The position numbers and the translations under genes were made by a program. Of a stretch of 36,845 nt of DNA, positions 9,079 to 17,837 are shown piece by piece; positions within the stretch are counted from its first letter, which is position 1; every line of letters starts with the position of its first letter. The DNA is taken from the NCBI GenBank assembly GCA_043779265.1, contig JAYWEM010000129.1, positions 1 to 36,845 of the forward strand, given 5' to 3'. Below the pieces are notes generated by a model. The model did not search any database, was not told where the DNA came from, and saw only the letters and a program-made list of their open reading frames with translations. Source of the stretch: a bacterium (GTDB taxonomy: Bacteria; Eisenbacteria; RBG-16-71-46).

Positions 9079-9916
9079 GTGTTTAACAACCACCGCGCAA
9101 ACGCCTGGGTTCCGCTACTGGCTGGCCTGTTGGCATCGTCGCTACTGTCGTCCCCGGCAACTGCTTGCTTCATCTGCAACGGTCTTGGGTACCTCAGCAA
9201 CATGGACGACAATGCGAGAAGCGGCTGCCAGCAATCCATTCTCTAGATCAGAACGGCAATGCAGTCGGGGTCTAGTGTTCGCTCACCGGCGGGCCGTGCG
9301 TCACCGGTGGCGGGTGCCCGGGCTGTCCGAAGGATGGACTCGAAAGCGCGCCTCGAAGTCCGGGTACGTGCTCGAGGTCGTTGCCTTTGCGACGGCCTCG
9401 CCCACCGAACCCGGCGAGCAGATCAGATTGGGTCGAGCTTCGAACCTCGAGGTGCGAACGGTCGCAGGCCGTCTCGCTGAAGCGCTTGGCGTGGACAAGG
9501 ACGACGTTCGTCTCAGAGGTGTGGTTCGGCACACAGGACTTGAACCGGCCAGTTTCGCCCTGACAGGTCTCGGCGGCAAGGAAGCCACCTTCACGGTCTC
9601 TCGGCTGGGCGACCAGGTCATGGTTCATTGCTCCAATATCCGCATGACCTCCACCGGAGAAGATCATCGCATCACCCTGAGCCACTTGGAGACATCGGTC
9701 ATCCGACTGGGTGAGGAGGGGCTCCTGCTGGCCCTGAGTGGAGCGATCTTCGAGAACAGACTGGAGATGGGGCGTGTCATCGAGTCGCGCTTCTCGTCGG
9801 CTACACTCGGTGCACAATTGGGAGTCCGCGCCTCGGAGTCAGGTGTCGAGCTCGCCCCATCGGGTGCGGCTATCACGAGCCCGACCTGGGGTCATCTGAA
9901 GACACGGTATCGATAG
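9079..9916 (+). pseudogene. Frameshifted Cys-rich secreted protein gene ending in a TWGxxK motif
   Basis: GGAGG then GTG 9079 gives a signal peptide and CFICNG...GC, stopping at TAG 9244-9246. A Cys/Gly-rich segment continues in another frame (LDQNGNAVGV*CSLTGGPCVTGGGCPGCP). The C-terminal domain is in the third frame, ending TWGHLKTRYR at 9916. Confidence 0.5.
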
Positions 9917-9928
9917 TCGGCTCACGAT

Positions 9929-9970
9929 CACCCGTGGCCACAGCAACAGCTGTTGCTGTGGTCACGAGTG
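9929..9970. repeat. 42-bp near-perfect palindrome with a 24-bp perfect core (9938-9961)
   Basis: cacccgtgg-CCACAGCAACAG|CTGTTGCTGTGG-tcacgagtg. Confidence 0.9.
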
Positions 9971-9996
9971 CAAAGTCTCTTGATCGGAGTCCAGTC

Positions 9997-10686
9997 ATGC
10001 GATCGCCTCGGATCCGAGTGATTCATGTTGCGCTCCTCGCGACGACCCTGCTCGCGTGCTCGTTTCACGACGCAAGCGCCCGGCGCACCTCGACGGATGC
10101 GATCTCAGCCATCGGCGCGTGGGACGAAGGGTGGTGCCTGGCGACCCTCCTCGCGTATCCAGCAGACACCTCGAGAGAAGGGCTTCGGCGCATCCCCAAG
10201 CGCTCGAGTGCGCGGTATGTACCCGAGGACTCGGTGACGGTCACGGGACTGCTGGGTGCCCTCGGCATGAAGGCTGAGGACTACTCGGGTGCGTCACTTG
10301 CGTTCGTCGTCGGGCACGAACGGCATGCGTTCGTTTTCTACAAGCCCGGGATGGCCTCAGTGCAGATCCGGATCCGTCGCATCCCCGATGACGTGAGGGT
10401 GGAGTTCCTAGAGGGGGTCGACACGGTGTCCACTCGACTCCTGAGTCGCTCCGAGATCTCGGGTCGATTCAACGCCTTCCAGGTTCGGTGTCGAGTCGGT
10501 GGGCGGCCCGCGATCCTGACGGCGGTCGTCCTCCCCGCTTCGACGAGTGACGCGCTTCGATTCAACCAGTGGTGGGTCGAGAAGTTCCAAGGGAGCTTCC
10601 TCCGCTCAGCGATCTCGTCGTTCCGTCGATTCGACCCCTCGCTCATCTCGAGGCCGATCGACACTTGGGAGCGGTTCGGCCGCTGA
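9997..10686 (+). CDS. Hypothetical secreted protein, likely distant paralog of the upstream gene
   Basis: GGAG RBS and ATG 9997; signal-peptide-like N-terminus; ends IDTWERFGR. Confidence 0.6.
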   Translation: MRSPRIRVIHVALLATTLLACSFHDASARRTSTDAISAIGAWDEGWCLATLLAYPADTSREGLRRIPKRSSARYVPEDSVTVTGLLGALGMKAEDYSGASLAFVVGHERHAFVFYKPGMASVQIRIRRIPDDVRVEFLEGVDTVSTRLLSRSEISGRFNAFQVRCRVGGRPAILTAVVLPASTSDALRFNQWWVEKFQGSFLRSAISSFRRFDPSLISRPIDTWERFGR

Positions 10687-10750
10687 CGCACCTCGGGAGC
10701 GCACGGGTGAGCCGACTCGCGCTCCGAATCCCGGCTACCCCAGAATCCCC

Positions 10751-10802
10751 TTGCATGCCCGGAGCCAGCGTGTTTTTATGCACGACCTCGCATATTCATG
10801 CA
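10751..10802 (+). promoter_or_regulatory. arg operon promoter with tandem ARG boxes
   Basis: TTGCAT (-35, 10751) and TGn-TTTTAT (extended -10, 17-bp spacer); ARG-box-like cores CGTGTTTTTATGCA (10769-10782) and CGCATATTCATGCA (10789-10802), 20 bp apart, just before argR. Confidence 0.7.
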
Positions 10803-10821
10803 CTCGCCTCCGGAGGCCCTC

Positions 10822-11295
10822 TTGTCCCGCTCGCTTCGGCTCACCCGCATCGCCAAGCTGCTCAGTGGCCAGCGCTATTCCAGCCAGGAGGAACTGGCCG
10901 AGGCGCTGGTGCACTCGGGAATCGACGTCACGCAGGCGACGCTGTCACGCGACCTGCGCAGCCTCGGGGTGGCCAAGCGCTCGGGCGGTGACGAGGGCTC
11001 CTGGTACGAACTGCCCGGACCCGCAACCGAGGCGTTCGACTCCCGTCGTCAGGCGCTCGACCTCACGGTGTTCGTCAACGAGGTCCGGGTCGCGCAGAAC
11101 CTCGCGGTGGTCAAGACCCCGCCTGGTCATGCCATGGCGGTGGGTCGCGCCATCGACATGATGACCGTGGAGGAGCTGATCGGCACGGTCGCGGGCGACG
11201 ACACGGTGCTGTGCATCCTCGCCGACACGGCATCGGCCAAGCGCTTCAAGAAGCAGCTCGACGGCTATTCGGCACGCCGAGGAGCGGCCAAGTGA
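10822..11295 (+). CDS. argR: Arginine repressor
   Basis: SQEEL, TQATLSRDL, KTPPG, GTVAGDDT motifs. TTG 10822 follows GGAGG; ATG 10798 is an alternative start. Confidence 0.95.
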   Translation: MSRSLRLTRIAKLLSGQRYSSQEELAEALVHSGIDVTQATLSRDLRSLGVAKRSGGDEGSWYELPGPATEAFDSRRQALDLTVFVNEVRVAQNLAVVKTPPGHAMAVGRAIDMMTVEELIGTVAGDDTVLCILADTASAKRFKKQLDGYSARRGAAK

Positions 11296-12377
11296 GCGCG
11301 CCCACGCTTCCCCCGGGCGCCGTCCTCGCTCCCGCTCCGGCCAATGGCTCCCCCAAGGGTGCGCGCAGCGCGCGCGTCGCGGTGCTGGGCGCGAGCGGCT
11401 ATGCGGGCCAGGAGTTCGTGCGGCTGTCGCTGATGCATCCGGGCGTCACGCTCGCCGCGCTCATCTCGCGTGAGCACGCGGGACGCTCGGCAGCCGAGCT
11501 GCTGCCGGGGATCGATGCGCGCGCGGTCAAACTGCCGAACCCGATCATGCCCGAGGCGCTGCCAGCGCTGTGGGCCGCAGGCGGCTTCGACACACTGGTG
11601 AGCGCCATGCCACACGGCGCGTTCCGCGAACTGCTCGCCGCGCACCCGCAGCTCGAGAGCGACGATCTGCGCGTGCTCGACCTGTCACAGGACCATCGCA
11701 CTGGGGATCGCGACTACGTGTACGGCCTGCCCGAGGCGTTCCGCTCGCAGTTGGCGGGCGCGATGCGCGTCGCCAATCCCGGCTGCTATCCCACGGCTGC
11801 CGCGCTCGCGCTGCTGCCGGCCGCCGAAGCGGGCTGGCTGGCGGGGCCGGTCATGGTGACGGCGCTCTCGGGAGTCTCGGGCGCCGGTCGCAAGCCGGCG
11901 CTGCGCACATCGTTCGTCGAGATGGACGGCGGCGCCGCGATCTACAACGCGGGCGAAAGCCACTCGCACGTGCCCGAGATGGCGCGAACACTGGCACGCC
12001 TCGCGGGCAGCTCGCACGAAGTGGCGTTCGTGCCGCATCTGGCGCCGATGGCGCGCGGCATCGTGCTCACGGCGACGGTCTCGCTGAGCGAATGCGTCAG
12101 CCCCGAGGATGCGCACGCCCTCTACAGCCAGCGCTACGCGGGCGAGTGGTTCGTGCGGCTGCTCGACTCGGGCGAGTGGCCCGAGACGCGCTCGGTCCGC
12201 TCGAGCAATCGTTGCGACATCGCCGTCACCACGGTGCACGGAGGCCGCACGCTGATCGCGACCGCGGCGCTCGACAATCTGGTCAAGGGCGCGGCCGGAC
12301 AGGCGCTGCAGAATCTGAACCTCATGCTGGGCTGGCCCGAGAGCTGGGGGCTGCCCGTCCACGGCAACCCGTGGTGA
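11292..12377 (+). CDS. argC: N-acetyl-gamma-glutamyl-phosphate reductase
   Basis: GASGYAG, YGLPE, ANPGCYPT, SGVSGAGR, DNLVKGAAGQALQNLN; GTGA overlap with argR. Confidence 0.96.
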   Translation: MSAPTLPPGAVLAPAPANGSPKGARSARVAVLGASGYAGQEFVRLSLMHPGVTLAALISREHAGRSAAELLPGIDARAVKLPNPIMPEALPALWAAGGFDTLVSAMPHGAFRELLAAHPQLESDDLRVLDLSQDHRTGDRDYVYGLPEAFRSQLAGAMRVANPGCYPTAAALALLPAAEAGWLAGPVMVTALSGVSGAGRKPALRTSFVEMDGGAAIYNAGESHSHVPEMARTLARLAGSSHEVAFVPHLAPMARGIVLTATVSLSECVSPEDAHALYSQRYAGEWFVRLLDSGEWPETRSVRSSNRCDIAVTTVHGGRTLIATAALDNLVKGAAGQALQNLNLMLGWPESWGLPVHGNPW

Positions 12378-13285
12378 ATCACGAAGGGCCTCCTGGCGCC
12401 AAGAGCCAGGGGACGCCTGGGACGGTGCGGGGAACGAGTTCGCGCGAGACGCGGGCCACCTCGCACCCGAACGCACCGGAGAGCGCGTCGGCGACGCCTG
12501 TCGTCGTCAAACTCGGAGGTCGATCGCTGGAAGCGCCGGGAGCGCTGCCTGCGTTCGCCGCCGAAGCGGCGCGCCTCTCCGGTCCTCTCGTGTTCGTCCA
12601 CGGCGGCGGTGCCGAAGTGAGCCACTGGCTCGAACGGCTCTCGATCGCGCCGCGGTTCGAGAACGGCCTGCGGGTCACCGACGCCGCGACGCTCGAAGTC
12701 GTCGCCGCGGTGCTCGCGGGCCTCGCCAACAAGCGCCTCGTCGCCTCTCTGCGCGCCGCCGGTGTCGATGCGGTGGGCCTTTCGGCGTTGGACGGGGGCA
12801 CCCTGACGCTCACGCGCCACCCGGAGGCCGACTCGCTCGGCGAAGTCGGAGTTCCCTCGGGCGGCGATGCGACGCTGCTCCGAAGCCTGCTCGCCCAGGG
12901 CCGCGTGCCCGTGCTGGCGAGCCTCGGCATGTCCGCCGATGGCGCGCTCCTCAATGTGAATGCCGATGACGCCGCCGCCTCGATCGCTTCGCTGCTGGGC
13001 GCATCGCATCTGCTGTTGCTGTCCGACACGCCGGGCGTGCGCATCGAGGGCGCCATCGTCGAGTCAGCCGATCGAGCGGGACTCGCCGCGTTGCGTGCCC
13101 ACCCCGACATCACGGGCGGCATGGCACCCAAGCTCGCCGCATGCGCGGCCGCACTGACCGGTGGCGTCGCGCGCGTGACGTTGTCGCGCTGGGAGTCCGA
13201 AGGCGACCTCGAGCGACTCCTCGCCGGCGGTGCCGGCGGCTCGGTGTTCACGCTCGCCGCCTCGCCCCTGGAGGTCCCCTCATGA
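12374..13285 (+). CDS. argB: Acetylglutamate kinase
   Basis: VVKLGG, VHGGG, NGLRVTD, NVNADDAA, GGMAPK; GTGA overlap with argC (about 40-aa low-complexity N-terminal extension, start uncertain). Confidence 0.93.
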   Translation: MNHEGPPGAKSQGTPGTVRGTSSRETRATSHPNAPESASATPVVVKLGGRSLEAPGALPAFAAEAARLSGPLVFVHGGGAEVSHWLERLSIAPRFENGLRVTDAATLEVVAAVLAGLANKRLVASLRAAGVDAVGLSALDGGTLTLTRHPEADSLGEVGVPSGGDATLLRSLLAQGRVPVLASLGMSADGALLNVNADDAAASIASLLGASHLLLLSDTPGVRIEGAIVESADRAGLAALRAHPDITGGMAPKLAACAAALTGGVARVTLSRWESEGDLERLLAGGAGGSVFTLAASPLEVPS

Positions 13286-14523
13286 GCCGCGACACCACGG
13301 TCCTCACGCCCCCGCCATTGACCGACGAGGCGGCACACCTGGCGCCCACGTATCCGCTGCCCCGGCTCGCGATCACCCGCGGCCAGGGGGCTCGCGTGTG
13401 GGATGAGACCGGCAGAGCCTATCTCGATTTCGTGAGCGGCATCGCGGTCAATGCGTTCGGCCACGCTCCGGCAGGACTCGCCGAGGTGGTGGCCTCCCAG
13501 ATGGCGCAGCTGGGTCACACCTCGAATCTGTTCTCGCACGCGCCGGGCATCGCGCTCGCCGAGGAACTCCTCTCCGCCACGGGCTATGACCGTGTGTTCT
13601 TCTGCAACTCGGGAACCGAGGGGATCGAGGCGGCGCTCAAGTTCGCGCGAGCGCGTGCACTGGCCCAGGGCTCCTCGGGCCGCGGCGTCCTCGCGTTCGA
13701 AGGCGGCTTCCACGGCCGCACGGCGTTCGCCCTCTCGGCGACGCACAACCCCGCCTACCGCGCCCCGTTCGGGCCGCTGGTGCCGGGCGTGCGGTTCGCG
13801 CCGTTCAATGATGTCTCCACGCTCGATGCCATACTCGACGGCGGCGTGTGCGCGGTGATCGTCGAGCCCATCCAGGGCGAGAACGGGGCGGTGCCGGCCG
13901 ATCGCGACTTCTTGATCGCCCTGAGAGCGCGCAGCGAGGCACTCGGAGCGGCGCTCATCTTCGACGAAGTGCAGAGTGGCATGGGCCGCACCGGCCGCTT
14001 GCTGGCGCAAGAGCACTTCGGCGTGAAGCCCGACTACACCGTGATCAGCAAGGCGCTCGGAGCGGGCCTGCCGATCGGCGCCGTGCTGATGAGCGCCGAG
14101 GCTGCCTCGCACTTGGCACCCGGAATGCATGGCTGCACGTTCGGCGGCAATCCGGTGTGCAGCGCCGCGGCTCGCTGGGTGCTGGCGCAAGTGCGAGAGC
14201 CCGCGCTGTTGGAGCGCGTGCGGCGCGCGGGTCGCCACCTGGCCCAGGGACTCGAGACGCTCGCCTCGAAGCACGCCGCGATCCGCGAGGCCCGCGGCAT
14301 GGGGCTTCTGCGCGCCATCGACCTCGAGGCCGATTCGCCATTCGATGCAGCAGCGCTCGTCAGCGTGGCGCGCGAGCACGGATTGCTGCTGGTGCGAGGC
14401 GGTGAGCGCGCCGTGCGCTTGCTGCCGCCGCTGAATGTGACCGACGTGGAACTGGATGAGGCCCTGGCGAAGCTCGACGCCGCCCTCACGACTCTCTCGA
14501 GCGAGGAAGGAGCACCTCGTTGA
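13282..14523 (+). CDS. argD: Acetylornithine aminotransferase (class III PLP)
   Basis: YLDFVSGIAVNAFGH, CNSGTE, FHGRT, EPIQGE, FDEVQSGMGRTG, TFGGNP; ATGA overlap with argB. Confidence 0.95.
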   Translation: MSRDTTVLTPPPLTDEAAHLAPTYPLPRLAITRGQGARVWDETGRAYLDFVSGIAVNAFGHAPAGLAEVVASQMAQLGHTSNLFSHAPGIALAEELLSATGYDRVFFCNSGTEGIEAALKFARARALAQGSSGRGVLAFEGGFHGRTAFALSATHNPAYRAPFGPLVPGVRFAPFNDVSTLDAILDGGVCAVIVEPIQGENGAVPADRDFLIALRARSEALGAALIFDEVQSGMGRTGRLLAQEHFGVKPDYTVISKALGAGLPIGAVLMSAEAASHLAPGMHGCTFGGNPVCSAAARWVLAQVREPALLERVRRAGRHLAQGLETLASKHAAIREARGMGLLRAIDLEADSPFDAAALVSVAREHGLLLVRGGERAVRLLPPLNVTDVELDEALAKLDAALTTLSSEEGAPR

Positions 14524-15782
14524 AAAGCACCGTTCGCAAGGCTGTGCTCGCCTATTCGGGCGGCCTCGACACCAGCATCATCGTGCCGTGGCTGAAGGAG
14601 CACTATGGCTGCGAGGTCGTCTGCTACTGCTCCGATGTGGGTCAGGGCGGCGTGGAGCTCGAGGGGCTCGAGGCCAAGGCCCGGAAGAGCGGCGCCAGCG
14701 AGGTGATCATCGAGGACCTGCGCGTGCCGTTCGTGCGTGACTTCTGCTTCCCGGCGCTGCGGGCGGGTGCGGTCTACGAGGGCCGCTATCTGCTCGGCAC
14801 CTCGCTCGCACGTCCGCTGATCGCATCGCGTCAAGTGTGGTGCGCCGAGCGCACCGGCGCTGACGCTCTGGCGCACGGCTGCACCGGCAAGGGCAATGAC
14901 CAGGTGCGCTTCGAGCTCACGTACATGGCACTGGCGCCGCAGCTCACGGTGATCGCACCGTGGCGCGAGTGGGACATCGTCTCTCGCGAGGATGCGCTCG
15001 CCTACGCCGAGCAGCACAGGATCCCGGTGGCGCAGAAGAAGGACGACCTCTACTCGCGCGACGCCAACCTGTGGCACCTCTCGCACGAGGGCGGCGCGCT
15101 CGAGGACCCGGCCAACGCGCCGCCCGAGGCGATGCACAAGCTGACCTCGAGCCCCGACCAGCAGCCCGCCTTCCCCGAGCGCATCACCATCGGCTTCGAG
15201 CGCGGCCGCCCGACCTCGGTCAACGGCCGCTCGCTGGGACCGGTCGAGCTGGTGGAATCGCTCAATGCCCTGGCCGGCCGTCATGGCATCGGGCGGGCGG
15301 ATCTGGTCGAGAGCCGCTTGATCGGCATGAAGTCGCGCGGCGTCTACGAGACACCCGGCGGCACCGTGCTGCACGAGGCGCTCGAGGACCTCTGCCGCCT
15401 GACGCTGCCGCACGACCTGCTGCGCACACGCTTGGAACTCGCCCCGCGCTACGCCGACCTCGTCTACAACGGTCTGTGGTTCTCGCCGCTTCGTCGCGCA
15501 CTGCAAGCCTTCGTCGACACCGCGATGGAGGTGGTCACCGGCGAGGTGTCGGTCGAGCTGCACCGCGGCCGCGCCGTGGCCGTGGGTCGTACCAGCCCGT
15601 ACACGCTCTATCGCCCCGACCTCGCCTCGTTCGACATGACCGGCTATCGCTCGCAGGACGCCGAGGGCTTCATCCGCTTGTTCGGCATGCCGCTCGCGAT
15701 CGCGGCACGCCGCGGCACGCCGCCCGCACCGGTCGCCGACACGGCGGAAGCCGAGAAGGAGCCGATCGCACATGGCAGCTGA
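14520..15782 (+). CDS. argG: Argininosuccinate synthase
   Basis: LAYSGGLDTS, LGTSLARP, AHGCTGKGNDQVRF, GMKSRGVYETPG; TTG start after AGGAG. Confidence 0.98.
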   Translation: MKSTVRKAVLAYSGGLDTSIIVPWLKEHYGCEVVCYCSDVGQGGVELEGLEAKARKSGASEVIIEDLRVPFVRDFCFPALRAGAVYEGRYLLGTSLARPLIASRQVWCAERTGADALAHGCTGKGNDQVRFELTYMALAPQLTVIAPWREWDIVSREDALAYAEQHRIPVAQKKDDLYSRDANLWHLSHEGGALEDPANAPPEAMHKLTSSPDQQPAFPERITIGFERGRPTSVNGRSLGPVELVESLNALAGRHGIGRADLVESRLIGMKSRGVYETPGGTVLHEALEDLCRLTLPHDLLRTRLELAPRYADLVYNGLWFSPLRRALQAFVDTAMEVVTGEVSVELHRGRAVAVGRTSPYTLYRPDLASFDMTGYRSQDAEGFIRLFGMPLAIAARRGTPPAPVADTAEAEKEPIAHGS

Positions 15783-17805
15783 GCAGGTCTGGAAGGGCCG
15801 CCTGTCGGCGGGCCTCGATCCAAGGGCGCAGCGACTGAACGACTCGCTCGCGGTCGATCAGCGGCTGTGGCCCGAGGAACTGGCGCTCTCGCGCGCGTAC
15901 TCGCAGACGCTGGGCGAGTGCGGCGTCATGAGCGCGAGCGAGGTCACGGCACTGCACGAGGCCTGTGATGCGCTGGAGCGCGCACTCGTCGAGGGCACCG
16001 TCACGCTCGCGGGCGAGGACGTGCACTCGGCTGTCGAGCAGGCGCTCGAGCGGCTGTGCGGCGAGCCCGCACGCCGTCTGCACACCGGGCGCAGTCGCAA
16101 CGACCAGGTGGCGACGCTGCTGCGCATGCATGTCATGCGTCTGGCCGAGAGTGCGCGCGCCGGAGTCGTCGCGCTCGAGCGCGCGCTCGTCACCCAGGCG
16201 AGGGCCAGCGAGGCGCTGGCCTGCGCGTCCTACACGCATCTGCAGCCGGCGCAGCCGATCACGCTCGGCCACTTCTGGCTGGCGCACGCGCAGGCGTTCG
16301 CTCGCGATGAAGAGCGTTTCGCCGCCGCGAGAGAGGCCGCCGATCGCCTGCCCCTGGGCAGTGGCGCCGTCGCGGGCAGTCCGCTGTCGTACGACCGCCT
16401 GGCGCTCGCCAACCGTCTCGGGTTCTCGCGCCTCGCCGCCAACAGCCTCGATGCGGTGGGCGATCGCGACTTCGCGCTCGAGTACCTGAATGCCGCGGCG
16501 CTGCTCGGCGTGCATCTGTCGCGGCTCGCCGAGGACCTCGTGCTGTTCTGCTCGCCCGCCTTCGGCTGGTTCGTTGCGCCCGATGGATTCTCGACCGGCT
16601 CGAGCCTGCTGCCGCAGAAGCGCAACCCCGATCTGTTCGAGCTGGCGCGCGGCAAGAGCGCGCGACTGCTGGCCAATGCGCAGCAGCTGGCCACCCTCCT
16701 GAAGGGTCTGCCGTCCGCGTATCAGAAGGATCTGCAGGAGGACAAAGAGGCCGTGTTCGACACGGCCGACACGCTCGCCGCGCTGCTCGACGCCCTGCCG
16801 CCGGCGATCGCCGCGCTCGTGCCGCAGCCCGCACGGCTCGCCGCGAGCCTGACCCCCGACCTGCTCGCGGTGGAACTCGCCGATGCGTTGGTCGCCGAGG
16901 GCGTGCCGTTCCGTGACGCGCATCGCTCGGTGGGTCAGTTGTGGGCCGCCGCCGAGACCGCGGGCGTCGAGCCCGCCGCGCTGCCGCTCGCCAAACGCAT
17001 CGCGCTGCATCCGCACTTCGATGACGCGCATCTCTCGGCGCTCAGCGTCGAGGCCTCGCTCGCACGGCGCTCGCATCTGCCGGGTGCGGGATCGGTGGCC
17101 GAGCAGTTGGCCACCGAGGAGGCGCGCCTTGGGATCGGGCCCGCGCCGAGCCCGCCGCGGACGATCCATCCGGTCGATGTCAGTGATGCGACACCGATGT
17201 CGACCGCCCTACCCGACGACTCGCCGAACGGCCCTCGTGTGCTGGCCGGTGGTCTCGTGCTGCGGCGCGCCCGGCTCGACGACGTCCCCGGCATCGCCGG
17301 CGTGATGGCCGCCTATGTGTCGCTGGGCGTACTGCTGCCGCGGCCCGTCAGCGAGCTGTACCAATGCGTGCGTGAGTTCCACATCGTCGAGCGCGATGGC
17401 CAAGTCGTCGCGTGCGCCGCGTTGCGTGTGCTGTGGAAGGACATGGGCGAAGTCCGGAGTCTCGCCGTGAGGCCCGACCACCATGGTCAGGGACTCGGCG
17501 TACGCCTTGTCGAAGCCGTGGTCGGAGATGCGCGCGCCGTCGGCGTGCCGCGGATCATCGCGCTGACGCGCGAGGTGCCGTTCTTCGAGCACTGCGGGTT
17601 CACCGTCGAGAAGCGCGAGTCGCTGCCCCGCAAGGTGTGGACCGACTGCGTGCGCTGTCCCAAGCGGCATGCCTGCGACGAGGTCGCCGTGATCCTGGAC
17701 CTCGTTCCCGGTGCCAGCGACGCCGCCTCCAAGGAAGCGCGCCCCTACACCCTGCCCATGCCGAGCCTCGCCGTGACCGAGCCTCTGCTGCCCATCCTGT
17801 CTTGA
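15772..17805 (+). CDS. argH: Bifunctional argininosuccinate lyase / GNAT N-acetylglutamate synthase (ArgH(A))
   Basis: HTGRSRNDQ, YTHLQPAQP, GSSLLPQKRNPD, YQKDLQEDK; Pro-rich linker; GNAT domain (LLPR, EVRSLAV, GQGLG, LPRKVWTDCVRCPKRHACDEVA) in one frame. Confidence 0.93.
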   Translation: MAAEQVWKGRLSAGLDPRAQRLNDSLAVDQRLWPEELALSRAYSQTLGECGVMSASEVTALHEACDALERALVEGTVTLAGEDVHSAVEQALERLCGEPARRLHTGRSRNDQVATLLRMHVMRLAESARAGVVALERALVTQARASEALACASYTHLQPAQPITLGHFWLAHAQAFARDEERFAAAREAADRLPLGSGAVAGSPLSYDRLALANRLGFSRLAANSLDAVGDRDFALEYLNAAALLGVHLSRLAEDLVLFCSPAFGWFVAPDGFSTGSSLLPQKRNPDLFELARGKSARLLANAQQLATLLKGLPSAYQKDLQEDKEAVFDTADTLAALLDALPPAIAALVPQPARLAASLTPDLLAVELADALVAEGVPFRDAHRSVGQLWAAAETAGVEPAALPLAKRIALHPHFDDAHLSALSVEASLARRSHLPGAGSVAEQLATEEARLGIGPAPSPPRTIHPVDVSDATPMSTALPDDSPNGPRVLAGGLVLRRARLDDVPGIAGVMAAYVSLGVLLPRPVSELYQCVREFHIVERDGQVVACAALRVLWKDMGEVRSLAVRPDHHGQGLGVRLVEAVVGDARAVGVPRIIALTREVPFFEHCGFTVEKRESLPRKVWTDCVRCPKRHACDEVAVILDLVPGASDAASKEARPYTLPMPSLAVTEPLLPILS

Positions 17806-17837
17806 TCGCCACGCATTCCAGCAAGGAGAACCGCCCT

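Noticed and set aside
9244..9275. Pyrrolysine or alternative-code reading of the TAG codons
   Set aside because: TAG is a normal stop for several genes here (6042, 8887, 18833), and frameshifts are also needed to rebuild the gene.
12379..17169. Long minus-strand ORFs of 666, 579 and 499 aa
   Set aside because: Antisense shadows of argB, argD, argG and argH.
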